Virus record (IMG/VR): IMGVR_UViG_3300031998_000042
Coordinates: 29,158-93,157 of that record
Source: a virus
Taxonomy: Duplodnaviria; Caudoviricetes
Length of the DNA stretch: 64,000 nucleotides
Reading direction: 5' to 3' (one strand)
Of the stretch, positions 50,410 through 58,812 are shown one piece after another. The notes below the pieces were generated by a model. It searched no databases. It had not been told where the DNA came from and saw only the letters and a program-made list of their open reading frames with translations. The position numbers and the translations under genes were made by a program. How positions within the stretch are numbered: the first letter of the stretch is position 1; each line of letters starts with the position of its first letter.

Positions 50410-50575
50410 AGTCTAATATCATTTTATATCTGTTACCATCAAAGTTTCTAACACCAGTTACAACTCCAATAGGATGATTTTTAAGATGTATATTTCTAAC
50501 TTCTACTTGAGCAGAAGGAGAAAGATATGTATCTCTTGCATATGTAAGAGCATCAATTAATTCATCTACAGTCAT
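50396..50575 (-). CDS. Hypothetical protein (59 aa, not in ORF track)
   Basis: MTVDELIDAL... fills the gap between Gp157 and DUF932 genes. Confidence 0.6.
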   Translation of the reverse strand: MTVDELIDALTYARDTYLSPSAQVEVRNIHLKNHPIGVVTGVRNFDGNRYKMILDYEPI

Positions 50576-50577
50576 AA

Positions 50578-51312
50578 TTATTTAATACTTAAAGATTCAT
50601 TATAATCAAGTCGTGCAATATTTGGTGCACAAGAACCATTTTCTTTAAGTTTAGCTTTCAAATCAGTCTTAGATACTTTACTTCCTAATTTGAAATTTGG
50701 AGAAATATTCATACATTCTTTAATATAATCAAACCCTTCATTATTTACAATATCATTAAGATTTACATCAAGAGAAATTGTAAACTTGATATTCTCCAAA
50801 TCATCTTGAGTAAGTTGTGGATACTCATTTTCCAAATTAGAAATAATATCTTCTTTGGTAATTGGACCAAGAACATCTAATTGGTTACGTTCTTTTCTAA
50901 TGAGAAGTTCATTAAAGAAAGTACCACCAATAAATTTGATAAGGTCATCATTAGTATTAACAACTTGTGTCTTTCTAATACTAACTTTGCCTGTACCATA
51001 ATCAAAGAACTTAGCACCAGATTTAGAAACATCTCCAAACTTATTTACAGCATCAAGAATAATCTTTTGCAATTTAAGTTGAAGTCGAGTTTTAGAATCT
51101 GCTAATTTTTCCAATCTATCAATCTCTTTAGAAATAGTATTAAGTTCTCCTTCTTTAATCTTAATAAGATTAATATAAGATTCAATTTTATTTCTAAAGT
51201 TTTCTTGTGTTACTTCTAACTTTTCTTCAAGTTCAGGAGTAAGTTCGCCTTCATTTTCTTCTATTTCATCAAATACAGAGAGAAGGTCTTGTTGAATTTC
51301 AAAAATATTCAT
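50578..51312 (-). CDS. Siphovirus Gp157 family protein
   Basis: 'MNIFEI..D...EGELTPE...KIESY', coiled coil, 'KTDLKAKLK....NESLSIK' end. Confidence 0.8.
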   Translation of the reverse strand: MNIFEIQQDLLSVFDEIEENEGELTPELEEKLEVTQENFRNKIESYINLIKIKEGELNTISKEIDRLEKLADSKTRLQLKLQKIILDAVNKFGDVSKSGAKFFDYGTGKVSIRKTQVVNTNDDLIKFIGGTFFNELLIRKERNQLDVLGPITKEDIISNLENEYPQLTQDDLENIKFTISLDVNLNDIVNNEGFDYIKECMNISPNFKLGSKVSKTDLKAKLKENGSCAPNIARLDYNESLSIK

Positions 51313-51315
51313 AAT

Positions 51316-51489
51316 TTAATGTAAATATTTACTGTCAGTATAAACTACTTTTTCTTTAATTTTTCCACAATAAATACATTGTAGAACATAAACAACACCT
51401 ATAGTAATACTATAAGCATTTTTTAATTCTTTGGTTTCAACAGTTTTATAATGATGATGTCCAAAGAAACATTGTAAATCTGGTTTCAT
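51316..51489 (-). CDS. Small zinc-ribbon protein (57 aa, not in ORF track)
   Basis: C-FFG-HH ... CIYCGK (DUF1660-like pattern). Confidence 0.65.
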   Translation of the reverse strand: MKPDLQCFFGHHHYKTVETKELKNAYSITIGVVYVLQCIYCGKIKEKVVYTDSKYLH

Positions 51490-51498
51490 AATATAACT

Positions 51499-52428
51499 TT
51501 AATCAAGTTCTGTAATATAATTTTTAAGTTCTTTAAGTAAAGGATGTGCTAATAATTTAGCGTTGGGATGAGGAGGACCACTAACACCTACAGCTCTAAG
51601 ATTAAGAAAATGTTTCCAATCATCTGTAAAGGCTGTATGAATTAATTGAGATTTAGTTGCAAGAGGAAGAACTTCTCTAGCTTGTTGAGGCTTCCAACCT
51701 TTTCTAATAAGCATATTATAACACCATTGAGAAAAAGTAAGAGCACAAAGATAAAAATCCATATCACACCAAGTGTTTACAATTTCATTATCTTCTTGTG
51801 AAATAATACCAGAAGCATAATCTCCAATTCCATCAAAAGCGTGTCCTTCAAGATAAGGAAGATGTTCATCATCAAGTAACCAAGCGGGAAGTCCAATCTT
51901 TAATTGACCATCATTCTTTTTAGAATAATTACAATATCTTGTACTTTCCTCTGCAATAGAATTTACTCTATGACGATTAAATTCTCTTGTTACTCCAATG
52001 TTAGTAGTAAATGATACTGTAAATCGTTTAATGTGATATTCAGTAGGATTACAGATATATTTCAAATCGTAAAGATAATCATTTTCATATATAACTCTAA
52101 GATTAGTTGTTATATAATCATATTTTCCACCAGTTTCTTGAACAACTTTAGAATAGTTATTCCAACCATAATGATAAGCCTCTTCATTATCTTTTGGTAT
52201 AGTAAGATAAACCGTACCATGTTCAAGCATAGCACCATGAAGTTTTTCAAAATTTTCTATAGTACCATTACGAAGAATAACACGTTTTACAAATTCTTCA
52301 TCTGTTTCTCCATCATTTTTAGGAGTGGATTGATAACAAACTCTTGTACAACGAGCAATATGATACCAAATATCTTCAAGTTTATATCCTTGTTCCCATA
52401 TTTCAAAAGAAGGTTTAATTAGTTCCAT
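51499..52428 (-). CDS. thyX: FAD-dependent thymidylate synthase
   Basis: RHRxxSxxxxSxR (RHRVNSIAEESTR), 'AREVLP', 'WKHFLNLR'. Confidence 0.93.
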   Translation of the reverse strand: MELIKPSFEIWEQGYKLEDIWYHIARCTRVCYQSTPKNDGETDEEFVKRVILRNGTIENFEKLHGAMLEHGTVYLTIPKDNEEAYHYGWNNYSKVVQETGGKYDYITTNLRVIYENDYLYDLKYICNPTEYHIKRFTVSFTTNIGVTREFNRHRVNSIAEESTRYCNYSKKNDGQLKIGLPAWLLDDEHLPYLEGHAFDGIGDYASGIISQEDNEIVNTWCDMDFYLCALTFSQWCYNMLIRKGWKPQQAREVLPLATKSQLIHTAFTDDWKHFLNLRAVGVSGPPHPNAKLLAHPLLKELKNYITELD

Positions 52429-52579
52429 TTAGAATATCAAAATTAAGTTCCCAAAATAACCAACCAATACTAATATTAGCTTTAACTTCGCGTTTTCTAG
52501 TATCATCATCCCAATCTATATTAATATATGGGATAATATCTAAACTTTTATAGTCATGTATAAAATTAACTAAAATCAT
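52415..52579 (-). CDS. Small aromatic beta-hairpin protein (54 aa, not in ORF track)
   Basis: MILVNFIHDYKSLDIIPYINIDW...ISIGWLFWELNFDILNGTN. Confidence 0.55.
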   Translation of the reverse strand: MILVNFIHDYKSLDIIPYINIDWDDDTRKREVKANISIGWLFWELNFDILNGTN

Positions 52580-52584
52580 AATAT

Positions 52585-52749
52585 TTAATCTAATTCTTGA
52601 ATTTCTAATTCTTCAGTACTTACTAAATTAAAGCAATTATCTCCCTTTAGATTATGTCTTTCATAAAAATCTTCAGGATCTTCATCTTCTCTAATCATAC
52701 CATGATAAATTGCATTTGCGCTATAATCAAAAATATAAATATGTTCCAT
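52585..52749 (-). CDS. MEHIYI mini-paralogue B (acidic, 54 aa)
   Basis: Translated by hand; aligns with 52751-52921. Confidence 0.7.
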   Translation of the reverse strand: MEHIYIFDYSANAIYHGMIREDEDPEDFYERHNLKGDNCFNLVSTEELEIQELD

Positions 52750-52750
52750 A

Positions 52751-52921
52751 CTATTCTGTAATTTCTACAAGTTCTACTGCTTGACTAAGAACCATAATTC
52801 TACAAAGATTAGGTTCAAAACCATGTTGTTTACAATAAGTTGTAGCCTTTTTCTTTTTACTATCTATAATACCATGAAACATTTTATCACTACCATATGG
52901 ATGAATATAAATATGTTCCAT
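52751..52921 (-). CDS. MEHIYI mini-paralogue A (Lys-rich, 56 aa)
   Basis: Translated by hand; same first 18 nt as paralogue B. Confidence 0.7.
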   Translation of the reverse strand: MEHIYIHPYGSDKMFHGIIDSKKKKATTYCKQHGFEPNLCRIMVLSQAVELVEITE

Positions 52922-52924
52922 AAT

Positions 52925-53143
52925 TTATTCAGTATAAAAATGTTCTGTAACAAGTATTGGATTATTTACAGATTCATCAGGTATAAGTAAATTTAATTCT
53001 TCACAATTACTTAAATCAGTTTGTTCAAGATTATATGTATTTGCATTTGCCAATACACCTAATGCTTCCATAGGAGAATTTGCTATAACTATGGCACATC
53101 CTCCAGCATATCCATTTTTATTAGTAAAACAATATACTTTCAT
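52925..53143 (-). CDS. Hypothetical protein (72 aa)
   Basis: 'YAGGCAIVIANSPMEA' small phage protein pattern. Confidence 0.7.
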   Translation of the reverse strand: MKVYCFTNKNGYAGGCAIVIANSPMEALGVLANANTYNLEQTDLSNCEELNLLIPDESVNNPILVTEHFYTE

Positions 53144-53146
53144 ATA

Positions 53147-53257
53147 TTATTTCTTTTGACTACCAGGCTTTTTATAAGCAGGTTTATCACTATTAGAAAG
53201 TTTATCCCAACCACTAATACGTGCAGCAAGTGTTTTAAGTCTATTCTTGTACTTCAT
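53147..53257 (-). CDS. Small basic protein (36 aa, not in ORF track)
   Basis: MKYKNRLKTLAARISGWDKLSNSDKPAYKKPGSQKK; fills the gap. Confidence 0.55.
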   Translation of the reverse strand: MKYKNRLKTLAARISGWDKLSNSDKPAYKKPGSQKK

Positions 53258-53561
53258 TGTTTCTTTTTATTTCTTGTTCAACAGCAATTTGTCTAAGTCT
53301 TTCTTTACAAATATGAATTATTTTAGTATAATCCAATTCACGAGTTTCACCTTCTTTAGTACGAAGAATACGTTTGATAATATCTCCATCCCAATAATTA
53401 AGGTTATACTCTTTGATAATACTCCAAGGTTGAATAACGTGTTTAGAATAATCACTCTTTCCAGCATTAACACTTCTTACATCAGTATCATCAATAATAC
53501 CAATAAGCACTAATTTATTATATAGCGTTCTTGGTATTGTTACTTTAATACTATCTGTCAT
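53241..53561 (-). CDS. DUF3310-like protein
   Basis: 'DYSKHVIQPW..I....LNYWDGDIIK..LR.K'; ATG 53561. Confidence 0.65.
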   Translation of the reverse strand: MTDSIKVTIPRTLYNKLVLIGIIDDTDVRSVNAGKSDYSKHVIQPWSIIKEYNLNYWDGDIIKRILRTKEGETRELDYTKIIHICKERLRQIAVEQEIKRNNEVQE

Positions 53562-53745
53562 CTCTAAGATTAATAGTTTGATATTGTTTAATAACTTTAA
53601 AATTAAAAAAAAGAGGAAAAGGTTTATGTAAATCAATACAACAAGTAAGTTCAGTTTTTGTATTATAGATTTTTAAACCATGATGCAAAATATCATTGTT
53701 ATCTATATCTTTAGTTACAAAATCTACTTCTCTAACATCTACCAT
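53551..53745 (-). CDS. Hypothetical protein (64 aa)
   Basis: Overlaps neighbours on both sides in an operon-like manner. Confidence 0.55.
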   Translation of the reverse strand: MVDVREVDFVTKDIDNNDILHHGLKIYNTKTELTCCIDLHKPFPLFFNFKVIKQYQTINLRDDR

Positions 53746-53927
53746 AACATATTATTTTGTATATATTCTTTTACTTTTTCTACTTGTTGTTGAGATGTAA
53801 TAGTATATACTGTACCATTAGTCATAGTAACAGTATCGTTTATTACATCGAATTCTACAACATTATCCAAATTAATATAACTCGAAATAATATTATCTTG
53901 ATTATGTAATTTAATAAATTTACTCAT
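53739..53927 (-). CDS. Hypothetical protein (62 aa)
   Basis: 'FIKL...YINLDNV...VTMTNG' small beta-rich phage protein. Confidence 0.65.
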   Translation of the reverse strand: MSKFIKLHNQDNIISSYINLDNVVEFDVINDTVTMTNGTVYTITSQQQVEKVKEYIQNNMLW

Positions 53928-54250
53928 ATCTTATAGAAGTATTTAAAGAATTTCCATTTTTCTTTATCAGTTTTGCCAGTAAGTCTTTGAATATCACCAT
54001 AAGGATTTTCAAAGAGAGCATCAATAGAAGAATAACGAATAAAAATAATTTTATCCATTAAGTCAAGCATAGTAGAGTTACCATCAAGAAACATTTTATT
54101 AATAATTTTTGCTTCTTCAAGGTTTCTACACAATTTACAATCAACATAGAACTGTTTTGGTCTAGTTCTATCAGCTTTAATTTGATTATCAACAAAATAC
54201 TTAATCAAAGCACTTTTAATTTCTAAATAAGTTTTATATCTAAGTAACAT
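53924..54250 (-). CDS. Hypothetical protein (108 aa)
   Basis: First gene downstream of the promoter at 54271-54302. Confidence 0.65.
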   Translation of the reverse strand: MLLRYKTYLEIKSALIKYFVDNQIKADRTRPKQFYVDCKLCRNLEEAKIINKMFLDGNSTMLDLMDKIIFIRYSSIDALFENPYGDIQRLTGKTDKEKWKFFKYFYKI

Positions 54251-54270
54251 AGTTAATAAGTTTTAGACTG

Positions 54271-54302
54271 CAAATATAGTAAATATTTTGTTTATAACCA
54301 AA
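54271..54302 (-). promoter_or_regulatory. Bacteroidetes sigma-A-type promoter
   Basis: Minus strand TTTG (54302-54299), N20, TATATTTG (54278-54271). Confidence 0.75.
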
Positions 54303-54365
54303 CTTTTTGTAAATTTTTTATTTGCTTATTTTGGACATATTTTCAACAGGTGGGCAAATATACCT

Positions 54366-54375
54366 CCCCCGTAGA
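54366..54375 (+). repeat. CCCCCGTAGA motif copy 18 (intergenic)
   Basis: tacctcccccgtagaagaatgg. Confidence 0.95.
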
Positions 54376-54489
54376 AGAATGGCGAGAAGAGCCACTTATG
54401 AGCCAAATATGGGCTATTATAGGGCATATCATCTCACTTTTGAACAAGAAAACACCCTACCGACACATTCTATCAGATAGGGTATTAAC

Positions 54490-54846
54490 TTAAATATCAA
54501 GTTGATAAATATCGCCATCATCTGCACCTTCTATATGAGTTATATTTATATTTTGTTCTTTTGTAATACATTTTAGTGTACTGTCTTCCCAAATAGCATT
54601 TAATCTTATTTTCATTCTACCATAATTATCAATTCTGGTATGAGAATAAGCTTGCGTATTAGGTATATCATCAAGAACAATTATAAAATAATCATTACAA
54701 TGTAGATTTTGATTATATTTTTTACTTATACAAACATATTTTCTTCTATTTATTTCTCGACTAAGTAACATCTTATTATCAGGAGTTACCCAAGTCTTAT
54801 CTTTATTAATCTTTTCAGGAATAATATCATAAGCACTTAAATTCAT
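54490..54846 (-). CDS. Hypothetical protein (118 aa)
   Basis: ORF overlapping upstream stop. Confidence 0.7.
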   Translation of the reverse strand: MNLSAYDIIPEKINKDKTWVTPDNKMLLSREINRRKYVCISKKYNQNLHCNDYFIIVLDDIPNTQAYSHTRIDNYGRMKIRLNAIWEDSTLKCITKEQNINITHIEGADDGDIYQLDI

Positions 54847-55040
54847 AAATCATCTTCATGTTTACTAAAACTAGCATACAAATAAAATGTAAGAAAATCA
54901 AATTCTATTTCATAATATTTATTTGTTTTCATACCTTTTATTGTAGGTATAAAATAAAACCAATCGTTAGAAAAAAGTTCACTAACTATTTCAATGTCTA
55001 TATCAATAGTACATTTTTCTTTAATTTGTTTCCAAGTCAT
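54843..55040 (-). CDS. Small aromatic beta-hairpin protein (65 aa)
   Basis: 'FYFIPTI...IEFDFLTFYL'; resembles 52415-52579. Confidence 0.6.
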   Translation of the reverse strand: MTWKQIKEKCTIDIDIEIVSELFSNDWFYFIPTIKGMKTNKYYEIEFDFLTFYLYASFSKHEDDL

Positions 55041-56296
55041 TATATAAATATTTTTATAAGTTTAGCATGGAAAGGAACTTGTTTAACTCCACTTCTTTCT
55101 CTAAATTCAACAAGACCTTTCTTACCTATAAGAAGATGTTTAATATTAAGATGTTCTCTTTGTTTATCTTGTGAAATATTAATTGTACATTCAAAAAGTT
55201 CATCATTAATATCGTTTCTTAAAGTATAGATAGGAAGACCACGTTTATCAGATTTAATATCAACAATTTCAAACATACCATCATCTATTTTCTTATATTT
55301 GAACATAGCTTGATTACGTTTTCCAAATTGATATTCAGAACCTTCATTTCTTACAATAAGACCTTCAAATCCTAATTCAATAAACTTATCTCTATGTTCC
55401 ATTGCATTATTTATATTTGTAATACAAAAATCTGGCAATAAAACAAATTGTTGTTTATTATTAAGATGTTCTTCTTTAGTTTTAAATCTTTTTATAAGAA
55501 TAGAATTATTACTAAGAATAAATCCACTACGTCTAATGGCAGACATATTTTCTGCAGCAATATCATACCACCAATATTGAAGTTTATAATGTTGAGGAAG
55601 AGATGGATTTTTAACAAATGAATTAATATCGTTTACAGAATATCCTGGAAGATATAATTCACCATCAAGCATAGCACCTTCTTCTATCATTATATCAATA
55701 AGAGGTTGCTTAATTTTTTGAAGAATAATATCATCCATCCAAGACATTTTAGTAGTCCAATCTTGACCTTCACGAGAATGATAAGTAAGTTTAATAGGTT
55801 TAAACATATCACCTTCATTCTTTTCAGCACCAATTAGACATCTAAGACCATTGATTTTCCATTGACCAAGAAATGTACCAAATTTCTCAAAAGGTTTATT
55901 GTCTTCAAGAACTTTGGCAAGCATAGGAAGGACAAAGCCTTCCGAAGTAGTAGAATATTTTGGAAGATAAGTATTTAAATAATAAATTAAATTCTTTTCT
56001 GCATTACTACCTGGATTTCCATTTTCCATAGCTTTAGCATCAAAAGAATCTAACCCATCTTTAAGTTCAGAAAGTTCTTTATAACCTTCCTTACGTTTAG
56101 CATTAATTCTACTTTGAAGTTCGTTAACATTCTTTTTAGTAATAGAAATAGTTTCTTTATGAAGATGTCCTCCAACAACTCCATATGATATATCTATATA
56201 CTTGACAGTACCAAAAGGACTATCTGATGCTATAACTTCATTAGCAGACCATACAAGTGGTCTACCTTGAGCATTACGTTTATATAAATTAATCAT
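55040..56296 (-). CDS. ATP-dependent DNA ligase
   Basis: Motif I QWKINGLRC, III LDGELY, IV GFEGLIVR, V MFKYK; ATG at 56296. Confidence 0.92.
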   Translation of the reverse strand: MINLYKRNAQGRPLVWSANEVIASDSPFGTVKYIDISYGVVGGHLHKETISITKKNVNELQSRINAKRKEGYKELSELKDGLDSFDAKAMENGNPGSNAEKNLIYYLNTYLPKYSTTSEGFVLPMLAKVLEDNKPFEKFGTFLGQWKINGLRCLIGAEKNEGDMFKPIKLTYHSREGQDWTTKMSWMDDIILQKIKQPLIDIMIEEGAMLDGELYLPGYSVNDINSFVKNPSLPQHYKLQYWWYDIAAENMSAIRRSGFILSNNSILIKRFKTKEEHLNNKQQFVLLPDFCITNINNAMEHRDKFIELGFEGLIVRNEGSEYQFGKRNQAMFKYKKIDDGMFEIVDIKSDKRGLPIYTLRNDINDELFECTINISQDKQREHLNIKHLLIGKKGLVEFRERSGVKQVPFHAKLIKIFI

Positions 56297-56525
56297 TATT
56301 TTTCTCTTTAATTTGTTTTTTATGATACTTAACACCAGAAACAAAACCTTTAGTAAAAGCATAATCACAAACTTCGATCATATCTTCATAACAACAAATA
56401 TGACCTTTACGTTTGTATACAGGACAATCTGTACAACGTGACCTACCACTATACGCTTTAGCAATTAATTTTATAGATAGTTGTTTTGTTGTTTTATTTT
56501 TTGCAATACGTTCTTTTAGAGCCAT
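56289..56525 (-). CDS. Small Cys-rich protein (78 aa)
   Basis: CxxC...CC...C pattern. Confidence 0.65.
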   Translation of the reverse strand: MALKERIAKNKTTKQLSIKLIAKAYSGRSRCTDCPVYKRKGHICCYEDMIEVCDYAFTKGFVSGVKYHKKQIKEKNND

Positions 56526-56637
56526 TTGTAATACAAAATCTTATAAAATTCTTTTGACTTTCTGTAAGTTTAATTTTAGATGTTTTATTATTATGTTTTA
56601 TAACACAATATTTTTCAATAAAATTTATAATATCCAT
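56494..56637 (-). CDS. Hypothetical protein (47 aa, not in ORF track)
   Basis: MDIINFIEKYCVIK...; ATG abuts the upstream stop. Confidence 0.45.
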   Translation of the reverse strand: MDIINFIEKYCVIKHNNKTSKIKLTESQKNFIRFCITNGSKRTYCKK

Positions 56638-57129
56638 TTAATTTACAGGTTTAAAATTAACAGTTAAAAGACTAAGTTTAACTTTCTTTTCTCTAATCTT
56701 ACGTTCAATAGCAGTTTCACGTTTAGGCTTACCATCAACATTCTTTCTACGGGGGAGCTTTTGTTTGAGTCCTTGCTCAAACTTCTTTTTGCCCTTTTCA
56801 CCGTCATACCAAATAGGAGGATTAAGTTTCTCATATTCAATATTACGTTGATGTAGTTCAATAAGTTCAAGTAAAAGTTGTTCTTTTAGAGTTTCCTCCA
56901 TTTGTTCTGCAATATAAATTGCAGCACTCATCTCTCTACGATACGGATAACCAATAGTTTGCATTGGTCGCATACCATTATCATATACTCTTGAACAATC
57001 TAAATAAAAAAGCTGCTTTCTAAAAGCAGCCTCTAAACTTCCATTCTCTTTAATGGAATTTTCTACCATTCTTAAAGCAATGTCGTCAAGTTCAATCATA
57101 TATTGATTTATACTACTTAAATCTACCAT
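56638..57129 (-). CDS. Hypothetical protein with basic C-terminus (163 aa)
   Basis: ORF in replication operon. Confidence 0.7.
   Translation of the reverse strand: MVDLSSINQYMIELDDIALRMVENSIKENGSLEAAFRKQLFYLDCSRVYDNGMRPMQTIGYPYRREMSAAIYIAEQMEETLKEQLLLELIELHQRNIEYEKLNPPIWYDGEKGKKKFEQGLKQKLPRRKNVDGKPKRETAIERKIREKKVKLSLLTVNFKPVN
56746..56755 (-). repeat. CCCCCGTAGA motif copy 19 (in CDS, encodes LPRRK)
   Basis: cattctttctacgggggagct. Confidence 0.95.
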
Positions 57130-57563
57130 ATTGTTCTCTTAAAAATAACGCATCTTTTAGGTTTTCCTAAAAGACCATGAAAATATTGTACAATAAGTTC
57201 AGGTCTAAATGTTTCCCAAACTTTAAAATTACCATCATAACTACAACTATGATTAGCATAATTATAATTTGCAGGAATAATTGATGAATTACCAGCAAAT
57301 AAATCATCATTATATTTTATAGTTTCATAATCTTCACCACCCGTTTTGAAATCCATTTCACCATAAAAACAAATACTGGTTTTAGGAATCTTTATAACTT
57401 TTTCATTAATAGATAGTGAAATTATATCAACGTGTTTATCTTCTATAAGTTCTTCAACACTTTCATCAATCTCTGCAATATAGAATGCTTTACGAGCTTT
57501 ACCATCACTAAAATGGCACATTACTCGAGGTGAGGAAATCGTCGTCAAAATAACTGTCTTCAT
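57123..57563 (-). CDS. Hypothetical protein (146 aa)
   Basis: ORF overlapping primase end. Confidence 0.7.
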   Translation of the reverse strand: MKTVILTTISSPRVMCHFSDGKARKAFYIAEIDESVEELIEDKHVDIISLSINEKVIKIPKTSICFYGEMDFKTGGEDYETIKYNDDLFAGNSSIIPANYNYANHSCSYDGNFKVWETFRPELIVQYFHGLLGKPKRCVIFKRTIW

Positions 57564-58737
57564 TGTCTTGTTTGAATTTAAGTTCTACATACTTTAGAGT
57601 ATCTTTAATAAATACATTAATTTCTTCCTTTGTAAACTTTTCGTGAAGGTCTGCAAAATCCTTACATTTAAGATTAGGTAGACCTAATTCACCTCTAGTA
57701 ATAAATAAATATGGTATGTTATATACTTCTTCTAGATATTTAGCACATTTTCTACCAGTCCTATCAAAATCCATAAGACTTAATATCATACCAGTACTTT
57801 TAAGTTTACCAGCTAAATAATTATATTCATTTTGTTTAAGATTATAACTTTCACTCGGTAAATTAATAATACCAATATTCAGTTTTTCATTGCTAGCCCC
57901 CCCGTAGAGAGGATATGCAAAGAGATGACTACCTATGCTTAATCTATCTTTACTAGACTTAGTAATAAGTATATAATCATAATTATCAAGTTCAAGATTT
58001 AAAAGACCTTCTAGAACATTAGAATTAGTAATAAATTTTAACTGTTTTTCTCTATTTCTAAGAGGAAAATAAAGTTTAAAAAGATATATACCATGTTTAT
58101 CTTGTCCTATTGTATAAGCATAACAAGGGTCTTTTTTAGAATAATAATATTTAGGAACAGTATCAACACCACGGTTGATATAATATTGGTCAACAGGAAT
58201 TACAAAGTGTGTATTAAGATAATTCAAATTAATATTCCATTTACCCCACACTTCTTTATCTTGTTGATTCCAACTTCTAGGTACTATTTCAATAATAGCT
58301 CTTCTAGATTTTCCTTTAACAATAGCATTTTGAATAGTTATTTGAACATTCGGGTCAGTTTCCTTTCCATCAATAATGTCAGAAAATGTATAAGCTATAT
58401 GTTTAAGAATAAAGTAAAAGTCTTGTTTATTATTAGGTTCAATCTTACGTTCATATACAATACTTAATACATAACCAACACAATCGTAGCAATCACCAAA
58501 AAACCCAAAACCACCAAAATCCCTAACCTTTAATCTACCTTTGATATTATATTGAATACCCATACTTTTATTAAAATCATCGTCTCTAAATACAGAGGTG
58601 ATAAGAGCATTGTTTTTAATACAATATTCAACTGTTTCCATAGGTATATCTAAATATTTAGAAACTATAAGTTCTTGACTTATTTTAGATTCTATATATT
58701 CTTTAGTAAGAGTATTAGTAAGTATTGTACGTTTCAT
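57508..58737 (-). CDS. DnaG-like primase
   Basis: N-terminal 'SVFRDD....DFGG..GDC' module; TOPRIM 'ITKSSKD' and 'DFDRTG'; 'KDFAD'. Confidence 0.8.
   Translation of the reverse strand: MKRTILTNTLTKEYIESKISQELIVSKYLDIPMETVEYCIKNNALITSVFRDDDFNKSMGIQYNIKGRLKVRDFGGFGFFGDCYDCVGYVLSIVYERKIEPNNKQDFYFILKHIAYTFSDIIDGKETDPNVQITIQNAIVKGKSRRAIIEIVPRSWNQQDKEVWGKWNINLNYLNTHFVIPVDQYYINRGVDTVPKYYYSKKDPCYAYTIGQDKHGIYLFKLYFPLRNREKQLKFITNSNVLEGLLNLELDNYDYILITKSSKDRLSIGSHLFAYPLYGGASNEKLNIGIINLPSESYNLKQNEYNYLAGKLKSTGMILSLMDFDRTGRKCAKYLEEVYNIPYLFITRGELGLPNLKCKDFADLHEKFTKEEINVFIKDTLKYVELKFKQDNEDSYFDDDFLTSSNVPF
57899..57908 (+). repeat. CCCCCGTAGA motif copy 20 (in primase CDS, encodes LYGG)
   Basis: agcccccccgtagagagg. 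Confidence 0.95.
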
Positions 58738-58744
58738 AAGATAT

Positions 58745-58789
58745 AAAAAAAATAGAGGGATAAGCCTTATTTAAGAACTTATCCCTCTA
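58745..58789 (-). terminator. Rho-independent terminator after SSB gene
   Basis: tagagggataag / cttatccctcta stem with A8 on + strand. Confidence 0.8.
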
Positions 58790-58812
58790 CGTTTTTCAGG
58801 AGTTCTTATATA

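Noticed and set aside
56494-56637. Resemblance of the 47-aa ORF to a large-terminase N-terminus (FIEKY...L...Q)
   Set aside because: Too short and no ATPase motifs; kept as hypothetical.
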